Assembly: GCA_963777965.1 (NCBI GenBank)
Contig: CAVZSS010000009.1
Span: 29,379-93,378 of the forward strand
DNA: 64,000 nt
Direction: 5' to 3'
Source: an uncultured Chloroflexia bacterium
GTDB lineage: Bacteria; Chloroflexota; Anaerolineae; Anaerolineales; UBA4823
Made by a program: the position numbers and the translations under genes. Positions 30,358 to 41,120 of the stretch are shown piece after piece; position 1 is the first letter of the stretch; each line of letters opens with the position of its first letter. The notes below the pieces were generated by a model. It was not told the DNA's origin and ran no database searches. It worked only from the letters and a program-made list of their open reading frames with translations.

Positions 30358-33330
30358 TCACATGCGTCTCAGCCTTGGGTTGAGGATGCTGTCCAGTGCA
30401 AAGCCAACTACCGCAAAAGCGAGCCCGGTAAGGATCATCAAGGCTATGGGTTCCAGCACCCAATAGTAGTAGCCGCCGAAAGCGCCTCTCGTTAGAGCAT
30501 CATAAACGACCTTGCCCCACGTGGGAAGCACTGGATCACTCACCTTCAGGTAAGCCAGTGTTGCCTCAAAGAAGACATAGCTGGGGACCAAGATGACCAA
30601 TTGTGGGATCATTAATGGAATAATGCGCGGCACAAGGTAATGTCGGATAATGCGCCAGTTGCTGGCGCCATAAGCCATAGCGGCTTCTATATACGGTGCT
30701 TCCTTGACTTGTAGGAAGGCAGCCCGGTAGGTTTTAATCGCACTGCCAAAAATACTCAGGATAATGATCACCCCCAGGATGACCCAGATACTCTTGGAAT
30801 ATAGGTAGAAAATCATAATGGCAATGGGCAGGGTCGGGATGATCATATTAATCTCGGTGAGCCGTTGGATCAAGTTATCAACCCATCCATCATACCAAAC
30901 ACCGAATGCGGCAATCATCATCGAGATGACGCATGTGGTAATGGCACCTAAAAAACCAAACGCCAGGGCTATGGGTGTTCCCCACATCAATGCAATCATC
31001 AAGTCACGTCGATAGTCATCAGTTCCTGCCAACCCATACACCTGCCCATAGAGGATCAGCTCGGCATCCAGATTGGCATTTTCTTCAAACAACGTTGTAT
31101 CCATCCGCAGGGTATACGTGCCTTTTTGTGGCACCGGTGTATCCCCCTCTGCTGGCTGCTTCATTAAGATTTCAGTAGCAGGATAGCTTCCTATCCCAGC
31201 TATGCGATCCACTGATTGTGAGCCCTCACCGGAAAGATATTTTCTGGGGATATCCTGAGAGGCAAGGTACCTCTGGGTGGAAGTTGCAGAAAAGTTGCCC
31301 AGCTTAAATTCCCTGCCATCCGGCGTCGTCCAGGTAAGGATAACGAAAGGCTTCTTTTCATATTGAGCATTAAAAATGATCAACATATCCTGCGGGAAGC
31401 CATCGTATGGGTAGTCGATCGTGTATGTGATCGTCTCCTTATAAGTCCCTGATTTCCCAGGGATAAATTCCTTGCTGACCACCTCATCCTCCTCTGCATC
31501 CTCCGCGCTGTTCTGGATGATTGTTGGAGGAAGAGTGCCTTTTATAAACAGGTTAACCCACTCCGGCTGGGCCTTTTTAGGGATCTGGTATTTACTCACC
31601 GTTTCCGGACCCCAAAGTTTGATGGCTTCATTATAAGGAATCGCAATCACTGTATAAATTGAAACACCAATCAGTGCAAGGATGATCACCACCCCAACGA
31701 CCGCAGCGGGGTAGCGGAAGAACTCTCGCAGGGAAGGATATAAACCACCAGCCCTTTTAGGCTTGGTTTTCTCCTGACCCGATGATGGGACTTTTTTATT
31801 AGGTATTGTGCGAGCCGCTGATGCCGGTATCAAGCGAGCACAGCTGTGATAGGCACTCGTCCGGCAAACCTCAGCCTGATATGAATGACCGATTCGCTCC
31901 GGGTGGTGGTGTACATAACAACGGCAACGCTCACTGGGGGCTATTAATGCCTGCCCACGACTATTTTCTAATCTCAGCTGTAGACAATATCGACCTGGAG
32001 AGATCCCTTCCATCTTGCTGGTTTGAGAGGCGCGAAGGGGTGTCAAAACTCGCACGGAATGGTGCCTAGGTGTGGGTGAGATCAGGTAACGTTTTCCAGG
32101 CATGTTTAGACGGCTTTGACCAGGTGAAACTCCGCTCAGCCGGTTATAGAATGAACGCAAGAAGACTTTCAAAGAAAATAATACTTGAAAACCGTTTTTC
32201 CTTTGTATGACCGGCTTTAATGTTTGACCATCGCCACCTATCCTGATCCTGGGATCAACCAGGGCATAGATGATGTCCAGCAGGAAGACCGACACGGCCA
32301 AAAGGATGGCAAAAATGACCACGATGCCTATCGTCACTGACATTTCTTTAATTTCAATGGAGGTCATGAATAGCTTTCCGATACCGGGCCAGTCAAAGAA
32401 GACCTCCAGGACAATGATCCCCTGCCAAAAGGTGAGCATCAGGATGGTGAAGCTGGTGATGATGTAGGGAAGGGTTGGTTTCAGGACATACCGACGCTCA
32501 AGGATTCTGTCTGGCAAGCCCTTTGCCTTAGCCATCTCAATGTAATCCTCACCGGAGTGAATCAGAAAGTAAGTGCGCCAGGTGTAGACGGTTGAAAAAA
32601 ACATGCCCAGGAAGATAGCGGTAACAGGCAGGATCATGTGCTTAAGCACAATGGGGACATATCCCAGTTTCGTGGCAGGTGGAAATGTATCATACATCCC
32701 ACTGAAAGGCAGTATGTGCAACTCCCCGGCAAAGATCACCACCAGCACGACCCCGTATACCCAGTTCGGGATGGAAGATAATGGGGAGAGTGCAACAATC
32801 GACCTATCTGTAGCACTTCCATGTTTCTTGGACAGGTTGAGAGCCACAAAAATGCTGGCAAAGAACAGCATGAAATTGGTTGCTCCGGCCAGTAGTAATG
32901 TATATGGAACACGCTCCAGGACGATTGACCTTACATCAGCTGCCGAAGAAGTCATGAAGCGGTTGACTCCAATCCGGTAGGATACCCCCCAATCGAAGGT
33001 CATGGTTTGGTACCACCAGCGTAGACACCGCAGCAGAAACGGCTGATGTAAGCCGTATGCCTCTTCCATAGCCCATCTAGCTTCTTCGGTAGCCTGGACG
33101 ATCTCCTCCTCAGACGCGCCTCTCATTCCCAGGGAAATAAAATTAAGCGCTTCGTCGACATTCGCCTGGTGGATCTTATCAATATACCCGCCATAGTTGA
33201 TCACAACAATGGCAAGGAATACGCCAATGGCAACCATCAGGAAGAGGGTGATTGCTCTGATCGTGATATACTTCGCAACCCTGGCGATGGTGTTGGTGGT
33301 GGTCTTATCTCCGGATGGTTCCATACACAA
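30358..33330 (-). CDS. fused OppB-like + OppC-like ABC permease with a roughly 160-aa non-homologous linker
   Basis: Single 990-aa ORF. The N-terminal half parallels the separate OppB-like gene at 37076-38241 (…ALVDPRIRIGG). The C-terminal half parallels the OppC-like gene at 35736-37079 (LREFFRYPAAVVG…). The linker is encoded at about 31744-32235. Confidence 0.75.
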   Translation of the reverse strand: MCMEPSGDKTTTNTIARVAKYITIRAITLFLMVAIGVFLAIVVINYGGYIDKIHQANVDEALNFISLGMRGASEEEIVQATEEARWAMEEAYGLHQPFLLRCLRWWYQTMTFDWGVSYRIGVNRFMTSSAADVRSIVLERVPYTLLLAGATNFMLFFASIFVALNLSKKHGSATDRSIVALSPLSSIPNWVYGVVLVVIFAGELHILPFSGMYDTFPPATKLGYVPIVLKHMILPVTAIFLGMFFSTVYTWRTYFLIHSGEDYIEMAKAKGLPDRILERRYVLKPTLPYIITSFTILMLTFWQGIIVLEVFFDWPGIGKLFMTSIEIKEMSVTIGIVVIFAILLAVSVFLLDIIYALVDPRIRIGGDGQTLKPVIQRKNGFQVLFSLKVFLRSFYNRLSGVSPGQSRLNMPGKRYLISPTPRHHSVRVLTPLRASQTSKMEGISPGRYCLQLRLENSRGQALIAPSERCRCYVHHHPERIGHSYQAEVCRTSAYHSCARLIPASAARTIPNKKVPSSGQEKTKPKRAGGLYPSLREFFRYPAAVVGVVIILALIGVSIYTVIAIPYNEAIKLWGPETVSKYQIPKKAQPEWVNLFIKGTLPPTIIQNSAEDAEEDEVVSKEFIPGKSGTYKETITYTIDYPYDGFPQDMLIIFNAQYEKKPFVILTWTTPDGREFKLGNFSATSTQRYLASQDIPRKYLSGEGSQSVDRIAGIGSYPATEILMKQPAEGDTPVPQKGTYTLRMDTTLFEENANLDAELILYGQVYGLAGTDDYRRDLMIALMWGTPIALAFGFLGAITTCVISMMIAAFGVWYDGWVDNLIQRLTEINMIIPTLPIAIMIFYLYSKSIWVILGVIIILSIFGSAIKTYRAAFLQVKEAPYIEAAMAYGASNWRIIRHYLVPRIIPLMIPQLVILVPSYVFFEATLAYLKVSDPVLPTWGKVVYDALTRGAFGGYYYWVLEPIALMILTGLAFAVVGFALDSILNPRLRRM

Positions 33331-33462
33331 TTGTATCGTCGTGTTTAAAGGCTAAATAAGAAACCCGCCTTCTAAACTACGCACTACGAAAACGGGTTTC
33401 TATATTGTATATATGATTTACTCGCCAGGATATAAAAGGTTCGCTCCTGCCAGTAGCGGATA

Positions 33463-33720
33463 TTACCAATCTTGTTTATGGTCAGTCGGTATCTCCGGAG
33501 GTGGCATGTTATCCCTATTCTTGCTCCTGCGGTGGCGGATCAAAAATGCACTGCCGATGATCCCAAGGAATAAGCCGACCATAGAAGCAATATATGAGAA
33601 AAAGTTCAAGAAGATTGTCGACGGCAGGATCTTCATGACCATCAAGAACGGCAGGATGGCTCCCAGCAGAACCAGCACGAAGCCAATCAGGATCAGATAT
33701 TCACCGCGAATCGTTCTCAT
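33463..33720 (-). CDS. small hypothetical membrane protein
   Basis: 85 aa with two hydrophobic helices and a basic tail. It sits between the two Opp-type sets. Confidence 0.4.
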   Translation of the reverse strand: MRTIRGEYLILIGFVLVLLGAILPFLMVMKILPSTIFLNFFSYIASMVGLFLGIIGSAFLIRHRRSKNRDNMPPPEIPTDHKQDW

Positions 33721-33801
33721 TTTTATATAACCAACACAACACTGTATGCTCGGGTTCGGGATTATATTCCGGTGGTTCCTGTACTTCGCACAAACCCTGA
33801 A

Positions 33802-34737
33802 TCATCTTGGAGCACAGCGCGGATGGAAGCGGCATCCGGGTGGTGGGTTGACCAGGCTGGGAGGTTCTCCGGGTGGCACCTCCTTGTAGGTGGTTGCGTT
33901 TTTAGCATCCGGCTCGGAAGTCCCCGTTAACAAAGCGACGGTATAGGGATGGAGTGGATTACGCAATAAATCACCAATATTTACTTTTTCAATGATCTTA
34001 CCAGCATACATGACAAAGACCCGCTCCGAGAAATAGCGCACGGTCGAAAGGTCATGGGTGATATAGATGACTGACAGGTGATAGGATTCCTGCAAGCCGC
34101 GCAGGAGTTTTAAAATCTCCACCCGCACAGAAGCATCCAGCATGGAGACGGGTTCGTCCGCCACAAGGAATTTGGGGTTCATGATCATGGCCCGCGCGAT
34201 GACCATGCGTTGCTGCTGACCCCCACTGAGCATGTGAGGGAATTTAGTCAGGAAGTCGCTGACCGGGGTCATTTTGACCTCCGTCATGACCTTGTTGATC
34301 CGGTCGGCTATCTCTCCTTTATCCTTGACCCCACCAATAATGAGCGGCTCAGCCAGGATCCGCTGGGCGCTCATAAAAGGAGGCAGGGCACCGTAAGGGT
34401 CCTGCTGTACATACCCTACCTGGGTGCGGTACCATTTTAAAATCTTTGGCTCCATCTTGCCCAAATCTTTGCCTTCATAAATCACATGACCCTCGGTTGG
34501 TTTGTTCAATCCCAGGATGGTCTTCATCAGGCTGGACTTTCCGCAGCCACTCTCGCCAACCACCGCGATGGCTTCACCATGCTTGACGTCAAATGATACA
34601 TCATCCACCGCATGCACAAAGCCGGCAGATCCAAATCCGAATTTGCGCAGCTCAAAATACACTTTAAGACCCTGTAAGGACAGCAAAGCGCCATTCTTGC
34701 CCGGCTGGTCCGTTACCTGCTCTTCACTCGTAATCAA
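33802..34737 (-). CDS. oligopeptide/dipeptide ABC transporter ATP-binding protein (OppF-like), set 2
   Basis: [35 protein letters not shown]. Confidence 0.9.
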   Translation of the reverse strand: MITSEEQVTDQPGKNGALLSLQGLKVYFELRKFGFGSAGFVHAVDDVSFDVKHGEAIAVVGESGCGKSSLMKTILGLNKPTEGHVIYEGKDLGKMEPKILKWYRTQVGYVQQDPYGALPPFMSAQRILAEPLIIGGVKDKGEIADRINKVMTEVKMTPVSDFLTKFPHMLSGGQQQRMVIARAMIMNPKFLVADEPVSMLDASVRVEILKLLRGLQESYHLSVIYITHDLSTVRYFSERVFVMYAGKIIEKVNIGDLLRNPLHPYTVALLTGTSEPDAKNATTYKEVPPGEPPSLVNPPPGCRFHPRCAPR

Positions 34738-34774
34738 CTGGTGTGCTTTCTATCATTCCATCACCTGTCCTGTC

Positions 34775-35731
34775 TTATGCATATAACCAGCACTTAACCC
34801 GACGACCTTCAATGGTGAAGGTGGGTGGATCCTCAACACATTTATCAAAACGAGAAGGGCAGCGTGCGGCAAACCGGCACCCTGTGGGAGGTGAGATCAG
34901 GCTGGGAGGCTGACCGATGATGAAATCTGGCTCTTTGTTACCGTGCAGCCTGGGCACACTATTCATCAATTTTCGCGAATATGGATGAAGTGGGGCAGGG
35001 AAGAAACGGGGGGTATCCCCCACCTCTACAATCTGACCAGCATACATCACCGCCACGTCATCCGCCAGCTCACTGGAAGTGGCGATGTCGTGGGTGATCA
35101 GGATATAACTCGTCTCAAATTCATGCTTGATGCGCTTGAGCACGTTCATGATGTTGGCCTGGGTGAGCAGATCCAGCGCCGAAGTCGGCTCATCCAGGAC
35201 GATCAGGAGCGGTGAAGTCACCAAAGACATGGCAATGGCTGCCCTCTGGCGCATGCCACCGCTCAGCTCGAAGGGATAGCGCACCAGGAAATCGGCCGGC
35301 ACACCCACATTCTGAAACATTTTACGAGCCATTTCCATGGCTTCGTTCTGCTTGACCCCCAGATGAATCATGGCGGGCTCTGCCACCTGGTCACCCACCC
35401 GGATGACCGGATTTAAGGCGTTCATGGCGGCCTGCGGCACCAGCGACATCTTGATCCAGCGCACATTCTGGCGGAACTCCTCATCATCATAAGCCATGAC
35501 ATCCGTGCCGTTCAGATAGACATGACCTGAATAGGTATCAATGTTCTTCGGCAGCAACCTGAGGATGGCCTTGGCAAGCGAAGTTTTTCCACAGCCAGAT
35601 TCACCTACCACAACCACTGCCCGATTGTAGGTCAGATTAAAATCCACCCCATCCACCGCCTGTACCACACCCTGAGTGGTGCGGAAGTAGAGTTTCAAAT
35701 CTTCAACGCGTAGTAGCTCCGTATCTGCCAT
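34775..35731 (-). CDS. oligopeptide/dipeptide ABC transporter ATP-binding protein (OppD-like), set 2
   Basis: [36 protein letters not shown]. Confidence 0.9.
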   Translation of the reverse strand: MADTELLRVEDLKLYFRTTQGVVQAVDGVDFNLTYNRAVVVVGESGCGKTSLAKAILRLLPKNIDTYSGHVYLNGTDVMAYDDEEFRQNVRWIKMSLVPQAAMNALNPVIRVGDQVAEPAMIHLGVKQNEAMEMARKMFQNVGVPADFLVRYPFELSGGMRQRAAIAMSLVTSPLLIVLDEPTSALDLLTQANIMNVLKRIKHEFETSYILITHDIATSSELADDVAVMYAGQIVEVGDTPRFFPAPLHPYSRKLMNSVPRLHGNKEPDFIIGQPPSLISPPTGCRFAARCPSRFDKCVEDPPTFTIEGRRVKCWLYA

Positions 35732-35735
35732 TAGC

Positions 35736-37079
35736 TCACATCCCTCGCAGCCTGGGGTTAAATATCCGATCCAAAGAGAAGCCTAACAGTGCAAAAGCCA
35801 GCCCGGATATCATTAACAGTATCGCCGGCTCCAGCACCCAGTAATATAACCCCTTATACAGGGCACCATTCTGCTGTGCGTCATTGATGACCTTGCCCCA
35901 GGTGGGCAGGGTCGGATCGCCCAGGCCCAATATCGCCAGGCCTGCTTCCAGGAAAACGAAGGCGGGGATCAGGGTCACCAGCTGCGGGATCAATAATGGG
36001 ATGATGCGCGGCACAAGGTATGAAAAGATGATCCGATTGTTTCCCGCCCCATAAGCCCGTGCAGCTTCAATGTAGGATGACTCCTTTACCTGCATGAACA
36101 CCGCCCGGTAGGTCTTGATGGCAGATCCAAAAACGTTCAGCAGGATCACCACCCCAAGGATCACCCAAATACTGTGCGAGTAAAAGGTGCCCACCATGAT
36201 CAGGATCGGCAGGAAGGGTAAAACCATGTTCACTTCGGTGACACGCTGGATGACACCATCCACCCAACCGCCATGCCAAACACCGATGGCTGCGATGATC
36301 ATGGTGAGGGCAGTCGTCCCGAGGGCAGCCAGCAGGCCAAAAGCCAGGGATACCGGGATCCCCCACAGAAGCGCTATCCTCAGGTCCCGGCGCAGGTGGT
36401 CGGTCCCGGCGACCCCATACAGCTTACCATAGAGCACCATTTCAGCATCCACGTCGGAATCCGCCTCAAACGTGGTCGCATCCACGATCAGCTGGTAAGT
36501 GCCCTTGACGGGCGGGGTCAACCCCTCCTTGGGGTCAGCCACGAACAGCCCTTTCTCAGGCGGCAATCCGGAAAGCCTGCGCTGTAGTTTCTCATCTTGA
36601 GATACATAATAGGCCTCCGACTCAGAGATGGCGAAATTCGCCACCCTGATCTCCCTGCCATCCGGTGTGATCCAAGACATGTTGACAAAAGGTTCTTTTC
36701 CACTGAACGTACTAGTGAAAAATACGGCGATGTCCTGAGGGAAATCGTCATAAGGATAATCAAATGTAAACGTGATCAGCACTTCTGTCGTGGTATCGCC
36801 CGGCGTAACGGTCTTGGGGGCAGTGCCATCCGCGCTGCTTTGGGTAATCGTCAGAGGTAATTTTTCTCTGCTGAAATAATTCATCCATGCCGGTGCCGCG
36901 TATCTGGGGCTTTTATACCAGACGCCTTCCCCACCACGCCAGAGGATAAGCGCTTGCTTATAGGGGATGGTAACCATCGCATAGATGGAGCCTATCAGTA
37001 ACAACGCGATAATCACCAGTCCGACAATGGCAGAAGGATATCGCAACAGCTCCTTGAAGGTGTTTTTAATCGCTTTCAT
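35736..37079 (-). CDS. ABC transporter permease (OppC-like with a large extracytoplasmic insert), set 2
   Basis: 447 aa, colinear with the C-terminal half of ORF 30358-33330. Its start overlaps the upstream gene's stop by 4 nt. Confidence 0.9.
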   Translation of the reverse strand: MKAIKNTFKELLRYPSAIVGLVIIALLLIGSIYAMVTIPYKQALILWRGGEGVWYKSPRYAAPAWMNYFSREKLPLTITQSSADGTAPKTVTPGDTTTEVLITFTFDYPYDDFPQDIAVFFTSTFSGKEPFVNMSWITPDGREIRVANFAISESEAYYVSQDEKLQRRLSGLPPEKGLFVADPKEGLTPPVKGTYQLIVDATTFEADSDVDAEMVLYGKLYGVAGTDHLRRDLRIALLWGIPVSLAFGLLAALGTTALTMIIAAIGVWHGGWVDGVIQRVTEVNMVLPFLPILIMVGTFYSHSIWVILGVVILLNVFGSAIKTYRAVFMQVKESSYIEAARAYGAGNNRIIFSYLVPRIIPLLIPQLVTLIPAFVFLEAGLAILGLGDPTLPTWGKVINDAQQNGALYKGLYYWVLEPAILLMISGLAFALLGFSLDRIFNPRLRGM

Positions 37080-38241
37080 TGCGGCCTGCTTTCACCACCG
37101 CCGATCTTCACCCGGGGGTCCACCAACGCATAGACAATATCCAGCAGGAAGACCGTGATCACCAATAAATAGGCAAAAATGACGGTTGAGCCTACGATGA
37201 CTGGCGTATCATACAGACCGATCGCCATGAAAAGGGCGCGTCCAAGACCAGGCCATTGGAAGACCGTCTCAAAGATGGTTGCCCCGGTCCACATGTAAAT
37301 GACGATCAAGGCAAAACTGGTGATGATCGTCGGCAGGGTGGGTCTCAGGATGTAGCTGCGCTCAATATTCCGCGAGGTCAGGCCTTTGGCTTTGGCCATA
37401 TCCACATAATCCTCGCTGGAATAGATGAGGAAGAATGTCCGCCAGGTATAAGCGCTCAAGAAAATCGTGCTGAGGGTGATGGCAAAAACAGGCAGGATCA
37501 TGTGCTTGAGCAAGCTCAAAGCATACAAGAACTTCGAGCTGGGGGAGGCGCATCCACCATCCCGCCAAAGGGCAGCCAGTGCAGCAAGGCCGCGAAGATC
37601 AGGATCAGGAAAATGCCATAAAACCACCCCGGTGCTGAAGAGGTCGGGGTGAGGGCGATGAATACTTTATCAAAGAAACTACCATATTTCCGGGAAAGAG
37701 AAAGTGCGATGAGAACAGCAAATACAAAAAGGATGACATCTGCAGTACCAAATAAGAGCAATGTGGGCGGAAGACGCTCCAAAATGACATTCTTCACCAT
37801 CTTCGAGCCACTGTCACTGGCCATTTGCAGGGCACGCCCCAGGTTGAGGGAGAGGGCATTTCTCAGATAGAGGAAGCTGCGCACCAGGAAAGGCTTATCC
37901 AACCCCAGGCGCTTTTCCTGGGTGGCGATCATGGTATCCATTTGATACTGTCTTTCTTCAGCGGACAACCCTTTGAAGGCAGGATTAAGCGCCAGCTGCA
38001 TGGAGACAGCTTCCTGGATCTGCCCACGCTGGATTCTATCCACATAACCACCCATATTGGCGATCAGGATGGTCAGATAGACCGCGATGACAACCGTAAG
38101 GAACAGGACAACCAGCCGGACAACCGTATAGCGCAACACCCGCGAAGCAGTACTGATGGTTGCTTTTTTCTTGATCGGCTCAGTTAATTTTGCATCTAAT
38201 GGGACTGTGGCTTCGCTCATGGCAGCCTCACTTTCATTCAA
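37076..38241 (-). pseudogene. ABC transporter permease (OppB-like), set 2, one frame break
   Basis: ORFs 37516-38241 and 37076-37627 join into one OppB-like protein (…HWLPFGGMVDAPPP / SSKFLYALSLLKHMILP…). The break coincides with the G5 run at 37541-37545. Confidence 0.8.
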
Positions 38242-38310
38242 TCAAAACATACTATTTATCAATGGAGGCAGGCGATTGCCTGCCTCCATTTTGGAAAACA
38301 GATGGTTATG

Positions 38311-40949
38311 TTATTGGGCTACAAACTCGTAGTCTGTAATCGTGGGGATGCTCACAGCCAGTGAGGTGGTAACGACTTCAAGCTTGTTCGCTCCAGCCAC
38401 GAGCTTGGCAGTATCGTCAGCGGTGAGTGTTACCGTGTAGTAGCCTTCTTCAACCGCTACAGCATCACCCTGGAGGACGACCGCACCAGTGGCATCGAAG
38501 ACCAGGTATTTCACCTGGTCGACCTTATCCGCAGGATAGGGTGCATCCGCGAAGCTGACGAACACATCATACACAGCTTCAGCGCCGATGCTGACCTCAC
38601 CCGGACCATCAACCTCGACGACTGCGACCATGGGCGCACCAAAGATGGCCCATTTTGAGGCAGAGTCGGGGAAATTGGGGTTGTACAGCATGGATACGGT
38701 CTTCTCGGTGGGGTAGGCTTTCTCCAGATAGAAGGGACCCGTGCCAACCCAGAAATGACCCTTAAGCGTGTACCAATCCGCGATAATTCGCCCAGCGTGC
38801 TGTCGCCTCTTCGGGGGTGACGAACTGGCTCATGGTGGGTGCGTAGGGGATGTAGTTCTCAGCCTGGGCTTTGTCCAGATAACCCTTGAGGATATCCAGG
38901 CTTGGGCCGGCAACTAAGCTCATCCACTCGACTTCCGTGGCAGTTGCCTTATCGGTCGAATAGGCCAGCTGGCCGATTTCCGGATCAACCCCGGCATCAG
39001 CCAGGTTACCCAGGGCATACGTTTGCCATGGTGGAGCAGGCCTCTCCCTGACCGCCTAACCAATCCGCAGGGAACCAGGTGGTTAGAGTAGACCATCCAC
39101 TCGGCATCCAGGTAGTATTGGTCGTCATAGGTGGTGATCACCAGCGGGTCGGTTGACTCGATCACAATGCCTTTGAAGTGTGACAGGAAGGCATCAACTT
39201 GGGGCGCCAGGGACTTCGTCATAGTTGGCGCTTTCCGGCTTGCCATAATCGAAGGTGGTGATCATATTGATGATGAAATCACCCACCGAGATCGGGCTGC
39301 CATCATGGAAGGTGACAGTGGTGAACAGGTCGGCAGGATAGGTTACGGTGACCTTCGATTTTGCGGTGAGTGTAGAAGTGTATTTCTCACCAGCGGTGAT
39401 GAACACCTGGTTGGTTGCATCCCAGTCCACCCAGGCTTCCGCGGGGTACCTCGATCGAGTCCACAGGCGCGGTTTCCAGCGTGAGCCAGTCCAGTGTCTT
39501 GGCAACCGGCAGGCCTTCTTCAACAACCACAGCAGCTGACTCGATGCGCTGTGGATAGTACAGGCCAGTGTACGGATCAGGGATAACACCATAATCAGCT
39601 GCAGCCGATTGAGCCGCGGCATCATAAACCCAGTTGCTGCCAGCCACAGGGTTCCAGGGCTCAACCAGGATACCCGGCTGGGCAATCCTCATGATGCCAC
39701 CTTCCTGGTCGGCAAAGCGGATCGTGAAGGGGTAGAGCGCAGAGCCAGCCACCCCACCCGCCAGGTCATAGGCAACTGAAACATCCGCCACCTGGGGTGA
39801 GAAGCTGGTCTGATCCACCAGCCAGACGCGTTGCCCTTCTAACTGGGCCATCTCAAGCGCTTGTTTAAACAGTTCACCACGCTCGTCCATGGATGCAAAA
39901 TCGTTGACCCATAGCTTATCGGCAACGCCATCCGTACCATTGTAATAAGCCGGGTCATTCACATAACCCTGCCAGAGTGGGGAGCCGGAGCCCAGGGGTG
40001 TGTAGAAGTAGCCAAAGTTGGTGGCATCATCGCGGCTGACGGCGGTGGTGATCCACCCGCCGGTGTAGAAGTGCATCAGGCCTAACTTCGGCTCACTCTG
40101 GTTCCAGATGGGGGAGGCTTCGCTACGGGTCTTGTACTGGCGATCCGTGGTGAACCCAATCGCTTCCAGCTGGTTGCAGACATAGTCACCGATCTCCCGG
40201 CGCTCATCCTCCGTGCGGATGATGGCGATAATGACCACTGGCTCACCGTTGAACGTCCACTTGCCATCTGTGCCCAGTGTGGCACCCATGGCGGTCATTT
40301 CCGCATCGATCACGGCCTTGGCCTGGTCCAGGTTATAGGCATACTTGACTTCCAGGGCACGCACGGTATCGATGTAGCGGGCATAGTCAGGGAAGGCGCT
40401 GTTCAGGCTGGTGACCTTCGGGACTGCCAGGCCACCGTAGATCTCCTGGACGATGTAGTTGCGGTCCATCAACCAGTTCATCGCCTCGCGGACTTTGGGA
40501 TTGCCGAAGGGGTTCAGGCGCCCATCCTCAAAGGTGGGCCCCCATGGGTTAAAGGTAAGCTCAGTGTAAGAACCAAAGGCGGACGTGTATCCCAGGTTGG
40601 GGTCTGCCTTGACTTCTTCAAAGAGCTGAGCGTCGCTGACGGAGTAGGCATACACATCCAAGTCGTTGGCCTGGAGTTGCTTGACCGCGGCATTGGCATC
40701 GTTCTGCTCCGTGAAGACCAGCTGGTCCACCCAGGCACCCATACGGGTCGATGGTTCAGCTGTGGGTTCTACTGGAACCTCAACCGGGACCTCGACGATT
40801 TGGGTCTCTATAACAACCTGGGTTTCCTTGACAATTTGCGTTTGAACAACCTCCTGGGTAACGACTTCTGCTGTGGGTGTTGCGCAAGCAGCCAACACCA
40901 TGCTGAAGGTTACCAGCAGGCTTAGTACTAAAAACAATTTCTTCGACAT
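38311..40949 (-). pseudogene. family-5 (OppA/DppA-like) substrate-binding lipoprotein, about five frame breaks
   Basis: Lipobox MVLAAC. Colinear sense segments occur in ORFs 39387-40949, 39194-39685, 38920-39246 and 38311-38691, plus two hand-translated segments. Breaks lie near 39445 (G4 run), 39210, 39085, 39045 and 38790. Confidence 0.75.
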
Positions 40950-41120
40950 ATTTCTCCTCCGAACTTATAGTTTGATTGGTTAAATAGAAAATTTTCGGGA
41001 TACTGAAATATCAATTATTGATATACCCAGGTATCACCTCCTCTCTAGTATTCAACAACATCAAAAACATTCCAAACGTGCACGAAATATACCTGTAAAA
41101 AGCTAAATGGTCAAGGATAG

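Noticed and set aside
31744-32235. A group II intron, ribozyme or MITE inserted at the OppB/OppC junction.
   Set aside because: A GUGCG string is present, but I found no domain V-like (…CCGUAU…GAAA…UACGG…) element, no hammerhead core and no terminal inverted repeats. The fusion frame is selectively open, so a coding linker is favoured. This is not fully excluded without an Rfam scan.
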